A stretch of DNA of 43,347 nucleotides from Bacillota bacterium (GCA_021786555.1 JAJYNB010000108.1:1-43347); one strand, 5' to 3'. Shown: positions 27,650 to 37,497, counted from the stretch's first letter. The notes: generated by a model from the sequence alone, not told the origin. Made by a program: numbers and translations.

Positions 27650-28195
27650 ATGCTCAGACCCAAACAGACAGTTGTCACATTCTGTATCATCCCACAAAAG
27701 GAAACGGAGTTGATTTTTTTGGAGGATAAGTTTAAGCGGTTGGAAAAAGACTGGCGCTCAATGATTTTAATTGCCCACGATTTCTTTCACCGTTGGCGGC
27801 AGGTCGTGGAAGGAAGGTATGGAGCCGAAGAGGGTGCGGCTCTGGTCAACCTTTTTTGGGAAGCAGTCGGCCGGGGTACGGGAGAGAGTTATTTGCAGCG
27901 GGGCCGTGATGTTTCAGATCTGGCCCAGGTGGTTCAGGCTATGGCCCGGGCCAGTAAAGTCATGGGAGAAACGGTGCGTGTAGTCAAGGATGGCGATGAG
28001 TACCTGCTGATCCATGACGCCTGCCCGTGGACCGATTCCTTCCGGGATTATGGCGCACCCGGCCAATGCCAGGCAGGGTGTGACCGCTGGTTTGGTACAG
28101 CGGCAAAGACTATCTCCCCCAAGCTTGAGGTCAGAACGGACAGCTGCCTGGCAGCGGGGGACAGCACTTGTACCAGGCGCTACTCCAAAGTCTAA
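27650..28195 (+). CDS. ATC-hydrolase-like (L-2-amino-thiazoline-4-carboxylate hydrolase family) protein
   Basis: The C-terminal pattern DACPW...G...CQAGCDRW...T...G...C resembles that family as I recall it. The start is uncertain: TTG at 27632, ATG at 27650 or ATG at 27761. Confidence 0.4.
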   Translation: MLRPKQTVVTFCIIPQKETELIFLEDKFKRLEKDWRSMILIAHDFFHRWRQVVEGRYGAEEGAALVNLFWEAVGRGTGESYLQRGRDVSDLAQVVQAMARASKVMGETVRVVKDGDEYLLIHDACPWTDSFRDYGAPGQCQAGCDRWFGTAAKTISPKLEVRTDSCLAAGDSTCTRRYSKV

Positions 28196-28308
28196 AATAT
28201 GGCTTCACGCCCTACTTAGGGGGCTTGTCCCTTCAAAAACGGCCGCCTATTCATTGCATTGGTACTGCCAAATTTGCCTGCATCCGGGAAAGAGAAGGTG
28301 ATGATAAG

Positions 28309-30108
28309 ATGGATAGCCGCGACCGTGGCAAGAAATCAGTGTCATCCGAACAGTACCTCCAGGCCTTAGGCGATATCGCCGGGATTATAAACCAGGGAAC
28401 CGATTTTCAGGCTGCGATTGCGTCAATCCTGGAAAAGGTAGACCAGTTTATGGGCTGTGAAAGCGGCGGCATATTATTATACGATGAACACCGGCAAGAA
28501 CTGGTTTTGCAGGAGCCGTCTTTCGGCAGTCAGGGAAGCCGGATTGAGCCCTACCGCCTACCGGTCAGACAGGGCCAGCAGTACAGCCCGGGTACCGCTG
28601 TGGAAGTATTTCTTAACCGCAAACCCTTTGTCTGCAACAGGCCGGCCGAGGACAAAAATGCCAGGCAGGATATAATTTCGCGTTTGGGTATTTATAACTT
28701 TGCCACCATTCCCTTGACTTTGAAAGACAAAGGCTTGGGAGTCTTACATGCAGTCAACAAACGCAATGGTCATTTTACCCGGGCCGATTTGTTATTCCTC
28801 AACACTTTGGGTACTTCCATAGCCATGATTTTGGAGATGGCCCGCCAGCAAAAGACCTTGAGACACTTGGTGCATATTCAAAATGCTTTGACAGAAAAGG
28901 TTTTGCAGGGTCAGGGCTTGCATGAAGTTGTGAACACCTTGACCGATGTTTTGCAGCGGCCCGTATTGCTGGAGGACCGCTTTTTTAAGACCTTACACTT
29001 TGCCAAGCCTCATGCCGGCAGTGATGAAGACGAGAATTTTCTCATGCCGAATCTCACGGATGAATTTTGGTTGTCCGGCATGGGCAGAACCTATTACAGG
29101 GAAATGATCAAGAGCAAAAAACCGGTCAGGCTGCCGGCTCTGCAGGAAATCGGCAGTCCTTATCCGCGCCTGGTTGCGCCTATTGTGGTGGAGGAAGAAA
29201 TATTCGGCTACCTCTCCGTAGGCTGCGTGCACGACGAAGTGGAGAGTTTTGAAATTGCCGCAGTTACTCATGCAGCGACGATTTGTTCGGTGGAATTTGT
29301 CAAGCAGTTGATTGCCTTGAAAGCGGAGAACCGGGTAAAGGGAGATTTGATCAGGGATCTTCTGACCAACCGCCTGCCAATGAGCGACATTCTGGAACGG
29401 GCTTCAATCATGGGGTACGATTTGACGCGTCCTTGTCGGGTGATGGTCCTAAACGCAGGGGAGAAGCCAAGGCCCGATTTGTTGCGGAAATTGTACGAAG
29501 TGGCGTGCGGCTTCGTAAATGCCCGAAATCCGCACACCATGGTGCTCACCCTTGACGGCGCGGTTGTGGTCTTGACTTACATGGAAGGTCTGGGCAGCGG
29601 GCCTTTTCTCCCTTATCTGCCGTTAGCCGAGAATTTGCTGCAAAACTGTGAAGAACTGTTAGGAGTAAAAGTTCAGATTGGCATGGGGCGGGTCGTATCA
29701 GAACCTGGTCAGATAAATCAATCCTACCAGGAAGCATTATTCGCTTTACGGGCCCTGCCTCAGTTTGCTGCCAAGAAGAACATTCTGAGTTTTGAGGACA
29801 TGGGGATTTTCCGTCTCCTTTCCAAAGCACGGGAAAAGGATGAACTGGTTGATTTCGCCCAAGAACTGCTGCGGCCGCTCTTAGACTATGACCAGGAAAA
29901 TAATACTTTTCTGCTCCAGTCCCTGCAAGCTTATTTGGACTGCAACTGCAGTGTCCAAAAAACTGCCCAGAAGTCGTATTTACACCCTAATACTTTGCTG
30001 TACCGTCTAAGGAGAATTCAAGAAATAACCGGATTTAACTTAAACGACACGGAAGACCGCTTAAACCTGCAAATCGCCATCAGGGTTTTCCGATTTTATG
30101 CCTCCTGA
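28309..30108 (+). CDS. GAF-domain / PucR (CdaR)-family transcriptional regulator
   Basis: N-terminal GAF-like region (GVLHAVNKRNGHFTRADLLFLNTLG). C-terminal PucR-type HTH (QKTAQKSYLHPNTLLYRLRRIQEITG). The ATG at 28309 follows RBS GAAGGTGA. Confidence 0.8.
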   Translation: MDSRDRGKKSVSSEQYLQALGDIAGIINQGTDFQAAIASILEKVDQFMGCESGGILLYDEHRQELVLQEPSFGSQGSRIEPYRLPVRQGQQYSPGTAVEVFLNRKPFVCNRPAEDKNARQDIISRLGIYNFATIPLTLKDKGLGVLHAVNKRNGHFTRADLLFLNTLGTSIAMILEMARQQKTLRHLVHIQNALTEKVLQGQGLHEVVNTLTDVLQRPVLLEDRFFKTLHFAKPHAGSDEDENFLMPNLTDEFWLSGMGRTYYREMIKSKKPVRLPALQEIGSPYPRLVAPIVVEEEIFGYLSVGCVHDEVESFEIAAVTHAATICSVEFVKQLIALKAENRVKGDLIRDLLTNRLPMSDILERASIMGYDLTRPCRVMVLNAGEKPRPDLLRKLYEVACGFVNARNPHTMVLTLDGAVVVLTYMEGLGSGPFLPYLPLAENLLQNCEELLGVKVQIGMGRVVSEPGQINQSYQEALFALRALPQFAAKKNILSFEDMGIFRLLSKAREKDELVDFAQELLRPLLDYDQENNTFLLQSLQAYLDCNCSVQKTAQKSYLHPNTLLYRLRRIQEITGFNLNDTEDRLNLQIAIRVFRFYAS

Positions 30109-30137
30109 TATCTTTAACCCCAAAAGGTCAAGTTTTT

Positions 30138-30158
30138 AGCCGGCTCAGCCGGCTTTTT
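30138..30158 (+). terminator. Intrinsic terminator
   Basis: agccggc-tca-gccggct followed by TTTTT. Confidence 0.8.
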
Positions 30159-30311
30159 CCGTTTGGGCCGGTTTAGGAGCAACTGGTTGGTTTATCAAAC
30201 CGTTTGGCTTGGGTTTCAGATATTTGCACAAATAATCAGGGTGGTTTTTGTAAGAAACATCTGTATAAAGCAGGGCCTGAAGCGTTTAGAATAGCCATAA
30301 TCAGAATATTC
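30159..30311 (+). promoter_or_regulatory. Promoter/operator region A (colinear with region B at 39632-39765)
   Basis: CCGTTTGG repeats at 30159 and 30200, TTTGCA at 30223, a -10-like TAGAAT at 30287, and the palindrome GAATATTC at 30304. Confidence 0.5.
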
Positions 30312-30436
30312 AGAATAAAATTAGAAGATTTTTCATGGGAAGGGGGGCAGGGCAAGGTTTCATTGCCAAACCGGGGATGCTCATAAGGAGAAGTTTGTCG
30401 GTAAAAACAAGAGACCGTGAAAGAGGGGGAAAAGGA

Positions 30437-31678
30437 TTGAGAACCTGGCGTTTTTCGCGCGGCTTGTCATTTGTTATGATCCTAGTGTTCTTGCTGGTAT
30501 TAGTCTTAAGCGGTTGTGGAACAACCGGAGGAACGAGTGCAAAATCGGGCTCCTCCGGTCTGACAATCAAGGTAGGTATTATTGACACCTATACCGGACC
30601 GCCCACCGCCTACACCCAGGATGCCTTGGACGGATTCAAGCTTGCTGTTAACGACATTGCCAAAGAGGGAGGTCCAAAAATTGAATATGTAACCCGCGAT
30701 GACCAATATAAGGTAGACCAGGCCTTAAGCTGGGCCAAAGAACTGGTGATGAATGAAAAAGTAGACGTACTGGCCGGGACCATCAACAGTGCGGTATCCT
30801 TGGCAGTATCCCAATACGCCAAGCAGAACAAGATTCCCTTTATCAACTGGGGCGCTCTCAGTGATGAAATTACCGGCGCCAAGGGACATCGCTACGTTTT
30901 CAGTACGCCGCCTAATACTGCAATGATTGCCAAGACAGGGGCAATTCAAATTTCCCAGCTGCCTTATACCAAGTTTTGGCTGGCAGGCAGTGATTACGAG
31001 TATGGCCACCTGGTTGTCAGTGATTTTTGGACTGACCTTCAGAAGCTTAAGCCAGGGGTACAAAAATTGGGTGAAACCTGGTGGAAGATTGGTGAACCGG
31101 ATTTTACACCCTACCTGACCGCAATCAGGGCGGCAAAGCCCGATGCCGTAATTGTAGGCGCCGGTGCAGCCGACATTATTCCTTTCATGAAAGCTTTAAA
31201 AGCGACAGGTTTGTCGAAGCAAATACCTGTTTGGATACCCCAGTCGATTGATGCAGGCACATTAAGAGCCTTGGGCAATGATCAGCCGGAAGGTGTTTTG
31301 GGCACGAATCAGTATTTTTATTACTACCCCGATACAGCCGCAAACAAACAGTTCGAACAAGAGTTTAAGCAAGCCACAAACCGTGAACCGGGTTTTGCCG
31401 GTTTGTATGGCTATATGGCTGGAAAATATCTCGGGGCTGCCATTCAAAAAGCCGGCAGCACTGACCGGGAAAAAATCGTGGACGCGCTGGAAGGGCTGAC
31501 TCTTGATACACCGGTCGGCCAACTTACGATGCGAAAAGAAGACCACCAATCACTCGATCCCCTGTTCTACGGCAAAACCCCCGGCACAGGCGTGGTCGCC
31601 AACGGCCTTGTCCAGTTGTCCCCTGACAAGGTAATGCCTTCGGTTGAAGACGTAATGAATGCAAGAGCCAAAAAGTAG
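30437..31678 (+). CDS. ABC transporter substrate-binding lipoprotein (Leu/Ile/Val-binding-protein family), system 2
   Basis: Signal peptide with lipobox LSGC. The TTG start at 30437 follows RBS GAGGGGGA; the ORF track start at 30335 would add a non-signal extension. Confidence 0.8.
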   Translation: MRTWRFSRGLSFVMILVFLLVLVLSGCGTTGGTSAKSGSSGLTIKVGIIDTYTGPPTAYTQDALDGFKLAVNDIAKEGGPKIEYVTRDDQYKVDQALSWAKELVMNEKVDVLAGTINSAVSLAVSQYAKQNKIPFINWGALSDEITGAKGHRYVFSTPPNTAMIAKTGAIQISQLPYTKFWLAGSDYEYGHLVVSDFWTDLQKLKPGVQKLGETWWKIGEPDFTPYLTAIRAAKPDAVIVGAGAADIIPFMKALKATGLSKQIPVWIPQSIDAGTLRALGNDQPEGVLGTNQYFYYYPDTAANKQFEQEFKQATNREPGFAGLYGYMAGKYLGAAIQKAGSTDREKIVDALEGLTLDTPVGQLTMRKEDHQSLDPLFYGKTPGTGVVANGLVQLSPDKVMPSVEDVMNARAKK

Positions 31679-31688
31679 AAGAATCTAT

Positions 31689-31721
31689 AGGTTAATAGGC
31701 GGCTCTGCCGCCTATTAACCT
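31689..31721 (+). other. 15-bp perfect intercistronic stem-loop between the binding-protein and permease genes (system 2)
   Basis: aggttaataggcggc-tct-gccgcctattaacct. No T-tract follows; the next RBS starts immediately after. Confidence 0.6.
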
Positions 31722-31734
31722 TAGGGGGAATACG

Positions 31735-32613
31735 ATGAGTGTATCCATGCTGGCCAGTCAGCTGCTGGTGGGTTTGAGTCGAGGGATGATTTACTTCATT
31801 GTGGCTGCCGGATTGACTTTGGTTTTTGGGGTACTAAGGGTCATCAATTTTACCCACGGCTCCTTTTATATGCTGGGGGCCTTTATCGGGTACAGCGTGG
31901 CTGCTGGGATTGGACATGGGTCAGCGGGGTTTTGGCTGATGTTGGTCTTGGCTCCCTTAGCGGTAGCGGGCATCAGTTTGCTGGTGGAGCGTGGTTTTCT
32001 CCAGTTTGTCTATCGCCGCGAACATCTGATTCAGGTGCTGCTCACCTATGCCTTAGTCCTGATAGCCGGCGATCTGGTCAAATTCTTTTGGGGCAGCCAG
32101 TATAGATCTTTATCCACTCCGCCAATCTTTACCGGTTCGTTTGCGACAGGGAGCATTACCGTTCCCAAGTACAATGTGTTTCTGCTGCTGGTGGGTCCCC
32201 TGGTTGCGCTCGGCCTTTGGTTGTTCTTAAGTCACACCCGTTTCGGCAAAATCTGCCGGGCGACCGCCACTGACAGGGAAATGGTCGACATTTTGGGGGT
32301 CAACAGTACCTGGATTTTTGCAGCAGTTTTTGCCTTGGGCGGCTGGCTGGCCGGCCTTGGCGGGGCTCTAATGGCGCCGGTGGTTAATATTTCGCTCGGC
32401 ATGGACGCCAATACCATTATTTACGCTTTTCTGATAGTGGTAGTAGGCGGTCTGGGCAACATCTGGGGAGCTTTGATCAGTTCCTTGATAATCGGAGTGG
32501 GAGAAGCCTTTGGGGCACTCTTTATGCCGGACTGGGCAGTTGTACTGCCTTACATTATTACGGGAGTACTGTTGATTTTACGACCGTCGGGATTGCTCAA
32601 ATCTGTTTGGTAA
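31735..32613 (+). CDS. ABC transporter permease, LivH family (system 2)
   Basis: 292 aa polytopic membrane protein. RBS AGGGGGA. Confidence 0.85.
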   Translation: MSVSMLASQLLVGLSRGMIYFIVAAGLTLVFGVLRVINFTHGSFYMLGAFIGYSVAAGIGHGSAGFWLMLVLAPLAVAGISLLVERGFLQFVYRREHLIQVLLTYALVLIAGDLVKFFWGSQYRSLSTPPIFTGSFATGSITVPKYNVFLLLVGPLVALGLWLFLSHTRFGKICRATATDREMVDILGVNSTWIFAAVFALGGWLAGLGGALMAPVVNISLGMDANTIIYAFLIVVVGGLGNIWGALISSLIIGVGEAFGALFMPDWAVVLPYIITGVLLILRPSGLLKSVW

Positions 32614-32626
32614 AGAAGGGAAAAGT

Positions 32627-33622
32627 ATGTCGATGAGTTGGCTGGACAGATCAAAGGAAAAAACAGCCAGGGTTATCCCGTTCCGGCCCATCTTGCTGGT
32701 TAGCCTGCTGGGGGTAGCGGCTTTACTCCCGCCAATCCTGCCAGCCTACTACCTTTACCTGCTGACCACTGTCTACATGACGGCGCTGTTAGCCACCAGC
32801 CTTAATTTTGTGCTTGGGTATGGGGGCCTCCTGCAGCTGCATCACGCGGTATTTTTTGGGGTAGGCGCTTATACTGTGGCCCTGGTCTTAACCAAAACTA
32901 CTTGGCCTTTTTGGCTGGCGGCCGTCTTGGCCCCGTTAGTTGCGGCCCTGCTGGCAGCGGTGATCGGCTGGTTTTGCGTCCGGCTGAGGGGGCTCTATTT
33001 TGGTATGCTCACCTTGGCTTTGGGCCAGTTGGTCTGGGCCATCATCTACAAGTGGCGCAGCTTCACCTCTGGGGACGACGGCATTCACGGCATCCCGCTG
33101 CCCGGTTTGGTGAGTTCCCCCACCTCAGTGTATTATATCAACCTCGGTGTACTGGTAGTGTGCTTGCTGATCCTGTATGCAGTGATCAAGTCGCCCTTTG
33201 GCCTGACTCTTGTTGCTATCCGGGATAACCCGGTGCGCAGCCAGAGCGTAGGGGTTAACATCAAGCGGCACCAGTTGGCGGCTTTTGTCCTTTCGGGTTT
33301 CTTTGCCGGGGCAGCCGGTGTCCTGTTTGTGCTGATTGAGCAGTCTGTATCTCCGTCTCTCCTCTACTGGAGCAAATCGGCAGAGATTCTGATCATGGAT
33401 CTGCTGGGCGGTATGGCTGTATTTCTGGGTCCGAGTCTCGGGGCCGCGATTCTGGTGGTCTTGTCCATGGTAGTTGGTACGTATATGGACTACTGGCTGT
33501 TGGTCATGGGACTGATCCTCTTGCTGCTGGTCTTGTTCCTGCCCCAAGGAGTCCTGGGTTACCTGCAGGAGCTTTTCGGGCGCAAAACTGTACAGGGAGG
33601 GGAACGGGATGCTGCAAATTGA
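32627..33622 (+). CDS. ABC transporter permease, LivM family (system 2)
   Basis: 331 aa polytopic membrane protein. Confidence 0.85.
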   Translation: MSMSWLDRSKEKTARVIPFRPILLVSLLGVAALLPPILPAYYLYLLTTVYMTALLATSLNFVLGYGGLLQLHHAVFFGVGAYTVALVLTKTTWPFWLAAVLAPLVAALLAAVIGWFCVRLRGLYFGMLTLALGQLVWAIIYKWRSFTSGDDGIHGIPLPGLVSSPTSVYYINLGVLVVCLLILYAVIKSPFGLTLVAIRDNPVRSQSVGVNIKRHQLAAFVLSGFFAGAAGVLFVLIEQSVSPSLLYWSKSAEILIMDLLGGMAVFLGPSLGAAILVVLSMVVGTYMDYWLLVMGLILLLLVLFLPQGVLGYLQELFGRKTVQGGERDAAN

Positions 33623-34346
33623 GTCCCTGGCCAAATCCTTCTCAGGCTTTCAGGCTGTGGGAGATGCCAGCCTGAGTGTGCCGCGGGGGCAGGTGGTAGC
33701 GGTCATTGGCCCAAACGGGGCCGGAAAAAGTACTCTGTTTAATCTTATTACGGGTCATATTAAGCCTGATGCGGGGCGCATTGTGTTTAAGGGAAGGGAA
33801 ATCACCGCCCTGCCCCCGCACCAGGTCTCACGTCTGGGTGTTGCCCGCTCTTTCCAGTTGGTGAATATCTTCCCTCGCCTTACTGTGTTCGAAAACGTCC
33901 AGGTAGCTGTACTGGCCCGCCTGAAGCAAAGCGGCAGGCTGTTTACTCCGGCCAGACGGTTGGTGGTACAGGAAACGTTTGAGGTTTTACACAAGCTTGG
34001 TCTCAAAACCAGTTCAGACCGGATTTGCAGTTCCCTCTCTTATGGGGACCAGAAAGTACTGGAGATAGCTATTTCCCTTGGCAGCAGCCCGGAACTGCTT
34101 TTGCTCGACGAACCCACGGCCGGCATGTCCCCGGAAGAGACCAGAACCATTGTCCAGCTTATCAAGCAGCTGTCCCAGAGGGAAGGACTGAGCATTTTGT
34201 TGACCGAGCATGATATGGACCTGGTGTTTGATGTTGCCCAGCGCATCATGGTGATGCACCAGGGGCGCACAATTGCCGAAGGACATCCTGCCGAGGTAAG
34301 AAGGGACAGAGCAGTGCAAAACGCTTATTTGGGGGAGACGGGCTGA
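33609..34346 (+). CDS. ABC transporter ATP-binding protein, LivG family (system 2)
   Basis: Walker A GPNGAGKST, signature LSYGDQK, Walker B LLLLDEP. Confidence 0.9.
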   Translation: MLQIESLAKSFSGFQAVGDASLSVPRGQVVAVIGPNGAGKSTLFNLITGHIKPDAGRIVFKGREITALPPHQVSRLGVARSFQLVNIFPRLTVFENVQVAVLARLKQSGRLFTPARRLVVQETFEVLHKLGLKTSSDRICSSLSYGDQKVLEIAISLGSSPELLLLDEPTAGMSPEETRTIVQLIKQLSQREGLSILLTEHDMDLVFDVAQRIMVMHQGRTIAEGHPAEVRRDRAVQNAYLGETG

Positions 34347-35044
34347 TGTTGGAAGTTAAGGACATCCACGCGTATTACGGGCTGAGCCATATCCTGTTCG
34401 GCGTATCCCTAAGCGTGAAGCAGGGTGAAGCGGTCTGCTTGCTGGGGCGGAACGGGGTTGGCAAAACCACCACTCTAAAGAGCATTATGGGTCTTAATCC
34501 GCCCAAAAGCGGCAGAGTATGGTTTAAGGGGCAGGATATCACCGCACTGCCAACCCGCCGCAGGGTATCCCTGGGAATCCGTTATGTTCCGGATACACGG
34601 CGGATTTTTGCGGACCTGACTGTGCGCGAAAACATGGAGGTTGCCGCATCAGGTATCAAACAAGCTGGCGAGTGGACCATAGACAAGGTATTTGACTTGT
34701 TCCCGGTGCTGAAAAGCTTTTCGGACCGCCGGGGCGGGCACCTTAGCGGGGGCGAGCAGCAGATGCTGGCAATAGGCCGGGCCCTCTTGGGTACTCCACA
34801 GCTGCTGATCCTGGATGAACCCACGGAAGGTTTAGCTCCGTTAATCGTGGAGGAGCTGGAAGAACAGATTCTAATGCTCAAGGCTGCGGGAATTTCCATC
34901 CTGCTGGCGGAGCAGAACTTGAAATCTGCTCTAAAAATATCGAACCGCTGTTATGTAGTTGAGAAAGGTCAGGTGCGCTTTCAGGGATCAGTGGAGGAAC
35001 TGCGGCAAAACGCGGAAGTAAGAGCCAAGTATTTGCTGGTGTAA
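34346..35044 (+). CDS. ABC transporter ATP-binding protein, LivF family (system 2)
   Basis: Walker A GRNGVGKTT, signature LSGGEQQM, Walker B LLILDEP. TGATG overlap with the upstream gene. Confidence 0.9.
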   Translation: MLEVKDIHAYYGLSHILFGVSLSVKQGEAVCLLGRNGVGKTTTLKSIMGLNPPKSGRVWFKGQDITALPTRRRVSLGIRYVPDTRRIFADLTVRENMEVAASGIKQAGEWTIDKVFDLFPVLKSFSDRRGGHLSGGEQQMLAIGRALLGTPQLLILDEPTEGLAPLIVEELEEQILMLKAAGISILLAEQNLKSALKISNRCYVVEKGQVRFQGSVEELRQNAEVRAKYLLV

Positions 35045-35093
35045 GACTCCGGCGCATTTAGTGGAAGCTGAGAAGTTTGAGGGAGCGGGCATA

Positions 35094-36878
35094 ATGCAAA
35101 AAGTGCTGCTAATGGGCAATGAAGCGATTGCCAGGGGAGCCATCGAGGCAGGAGTCATGGTTGCAACGGCATATCCCGGCACACCATCCACAGAGGTATT
35201 CTCCACTTTGGCGGACCTGGCGCCTGAATACGGCTTTTACGCTGAATGGTCAGTGAACGAGAAGGTGGCTCTGGAAGTAGCTGCCGGCGCCGCATATACC
35301 GGGGCGAGAGCTATGGTGTCAATGAAGCAAATGGGGCTCAATGTGGCATCGGATGCTTTGATGAGCCTTGCCTATATCGGGGTGAAGGGCGGGCTGGTTT
35401 TGGTGGTTGCGGATGACCCGGGTCCCCAAAGCTCCCAGACGGAGCAGGACACGAGGAAGTTCGCCGCCTTTGCAGGTGTGCCGGTTTTTGACCCGGCGAC
35501 ACCCCAGGAAGCCAAGGACATGGTGCAAGCAGCTTTTGAATTGTCGGAGAAGTTTGGCCTGCCGGTAATTTTGCGTCCGACTACACGGGTAAGCCATGTG
35601 AGCCAGGACATTACCTTGGGGGATGTGAAGAAGCTGGAACGCTCCTGTCATTTTCAACGCGACCCCAGATGGGTAATTTTGCCGAAACTCGCATACAAAC
35701 AACATATATGGCTGGACAGAGTACAGGCTGAGGTGGCGGAAGAGTTTAATGATTCACCTTTCAACCGGCTGAGCCTGAAAGGAAAAGCCGGAATCGTCAC
35801 CTCGGGAGTCGCTTACAACTACGTGTTGGAAGCCTGCCAGGAACTGAAACTGGAGCCTTCATTGCTAAAAATAGGCACACCCTACCCGCTGCCGCCAAAG
35901 CCCGCGCTGGAAATGCTTGCAAGCTGCGGGCAGGTCCTGGTGATTGAGGAGCAGGAAGCGGTGGTTGAGGACCAACTGATAAAGCTGGCCTGGCAGAACA
36001 GGCTGGGTACTGCAATTTCGGGCAAGCACGACTCTTATGTCCCCAGGGAAGGGGAACTGAGTGTTGATAAGGTCAAGACCGTGCTGATTTCTTATTTCAA
36101 TTTGCCGCGGGACGACATGCCTGAGATGGATGTGGCGCCCCTTCCGCTCCGGGCGCCGGGGCTTTGTGCCGGCTGCCCCCACCGGGCCAGCTTCCTGGCT
36201 TTTAAGGAGCTGATGAGAAGGGATGATGTGGTCTTCACCGGGGACATTGGCTGCTATACCCTCGGCGCTGAACCGCCGCTGGAGATGCTTGACACCTGTC
36301 TTTGCATGGGCGCCGGGATTACTTTGGCGGTAGGAATGAGCAAGATAGAGCCGGAGCGGAAACATGTGGCGTTTATCGGAGATTCAACCTTTTTTCACAG
36401 CGGCGTGCCTGGCCTGATCGATGCGGTATACAACAACGCCAATATAGTGGTGGTGGTGCTTGATAACGGGACCACGGCCATGACCGGGCATCAGCCGCAC
36501 CCGGGTACGGCCCGAACCGCCACAGGGGTAAATGGCGCAGTGCTGGACCCAGGGGAGATAGCCCGCTCCTGCGGGGTTAAGTTTGTCAGGGAAGTTGACC
36601 CCTATCTCGTCTCAGAGATGAAAACCTGTGCCCGTGAAGCACTGGAGTTTGACGGACCGAGATTTATAGTGGCCAGGCGGGCGTGTGTCCTGCAGGCGGA
36701 TTCCCTAAGAGCATACTCCATAGACGCGGAGCTCTGCACAGGGTGCGAATTATGCATCAAAAAACTGGGATGCCCTGCTATAGTCAAAAACCAGGTAGTC
36801 CAGATATCTGCTGCTTGTGCCGGGTGTGGGGTTTGCGCCCGGATTTGTCCCAGCCAGGCCATTTGCGAGGTGGTGTAA
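35094..36878 (+). CDS. iorA: Indolepyruvate (arylpyruvate):ferredoxin oxidoreductase alpha subunit
   Basis: N-terminus LLMGNEAIARGAIEAGVMVATAYPGTPSTE, a TPP-binding region (GDSTFFHSG), and C-terminal 2x[4Fe-4S] motifs CTGCELCIKKLGCP and CAGCGVCARICP. Confidence 0.85.
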   Translation: MQKVLLMGNEAIARGAIEAGVMVATAYPGTPSTEVFSTLADLAPEYGFYAEWSVNEKVALEVAAGAAYTGARAMVSMKQMGLNVASDALMSLAYIGVKGGLVLVVADDPGPQSSQTEQDTRKFAAFAGVPVFDPATPQEAKDMVQAAFELSEKFGLPVILRPTTRVSHVSQDITLGDVKKLERSCHFQRDPRWVILPKLAYKQHIWLDRVQAEVAEEFNDSPFNRLSLKGKAGIVTSGVAYNYVLEACQELKLEPSLLKIGTPYPLPPKPALEMLASCGQVLVIEEQEAVVEDQLIKLAWQNRLGTAISGKHDSYVPREGELSVDKVKTVLISYFNLPRDDMPEMDVAPLPLRAPGLCAGCPHRASFLAFKELMRRDDVVFTGDIGCYTLGAEPPLEMLDTCLCMGAGITLAVGMSKIEPERKHVAFIGDSTFFHSGVPGLIDAVYNNANIVVVVLDNGTTAMTGHQPHPGTARTATGVNGAVLDPGEIARSCGVKFVREVDPYLVSEMKTCAREALEFDGPRFIVARRACVLQADSLRAYSIDAELCTGCELCIKKLGCPAIVKNQVVQISAACAGCGVCARICPSQAICEVV

Positions 36879-37484
36879 GTGTTGAATATTGTTATCAGCG
36901 GTGTAGGGGGGCAGGGCACGTTATTGGCAGCCAGGGCTATCGCCGAGGCTGCAATCTGCAAAGGTTTTGAGGTGAGGACCTCTGAAACCATCGGCATGGC
37001 CCAGCGGGAGGGCTCGGTGGTCAGTCATGTAAGGCTCGGCCATAATCTCAACGGCGCCCTAATACCGGACCACAAGGCGGACATTCTCTTGGGGTTTGAA
37101 CTGGCCGAAACTGTAAGAGCAATAGGCAAGCTCAAACCCGGAGGAGTAATCATCTCCAATACCCACCGGATAATGCCGGTGAGCGTCTCCTTGGGGAGTG
37201 CCGGCTATCGGAGTGACAAAATGATTTCCAGCCTGGCACAGGCAACTGACCGGCTGATTTTGCTGGATGCCACGCAAGCGGCCTCGAAGGCCGGCGGCTA
37301 CAAAAGCGCTAACGTAGTTCTGCTGGGAGTGCTTTCCGGGTTGCCTGAACTGCCCTTTCATCCTGCTGACCTTTGGCAAGCCATCATGCAGCACGTTTCA
37401 CCCCGCACCAGGCAGATCAATCAGGCGGCCTTTGAACTTGGGCAACGGATAATCGCTGAAAACAGAAACACTGTTTCCGGTTAG
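36879..37484 (+). CDS. iorB: Indolepyruvate:ferredoxin oxidoreductase beta subunit
   Basis: N-terminus ISGVGGQGTLLAARAI, 201 aa, directly after iorA. Confidence 0.85.
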   Translation: MLNIVISGVGGQGTLLAARAIAEAAICKGFEVRTSETIGMAQREGSVVSHVRLGHNLNGALIPDHKADILLGFELAETVRAIGKLKPGGVIISNTHRIMPVSVSLGSAGYRSDKMISSLAQATDRLILLDATQAASKAGGYKSANVVLLGVLSGLPELPFHPADLWQAIMQHVSPRTRQINQAAFELGQRIIAENRNTVSG

Positions 37485-37497
37485 GGGGTAAGAAACA

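Noticed and set aside
30187-30192. TTGGTT cores (also 39664-39669) resembling the B. subtilis PucR box WWWCNTTGGTTAA
   Set aside because: Only the hexamer matches. The two copies are not at equivalent positions relative to the conserved anchors: 36 nt versus 13 nt before TTTGCA. My recollection of the box is also not precise enough to rely on.
30205-30228. TGGC...TTTGCA resembling a sigma54 promoter upstream of transporter 2, with a similar case at 39662-39682
   Set aside because: The first T of TTGC lies 19 nt from the T of TGG, against 11 nt in the consensus TGGCAC-N5-TTGC. The -24/-12 spacing is strict, so these are treated as parts of the shared operator architecture instead.
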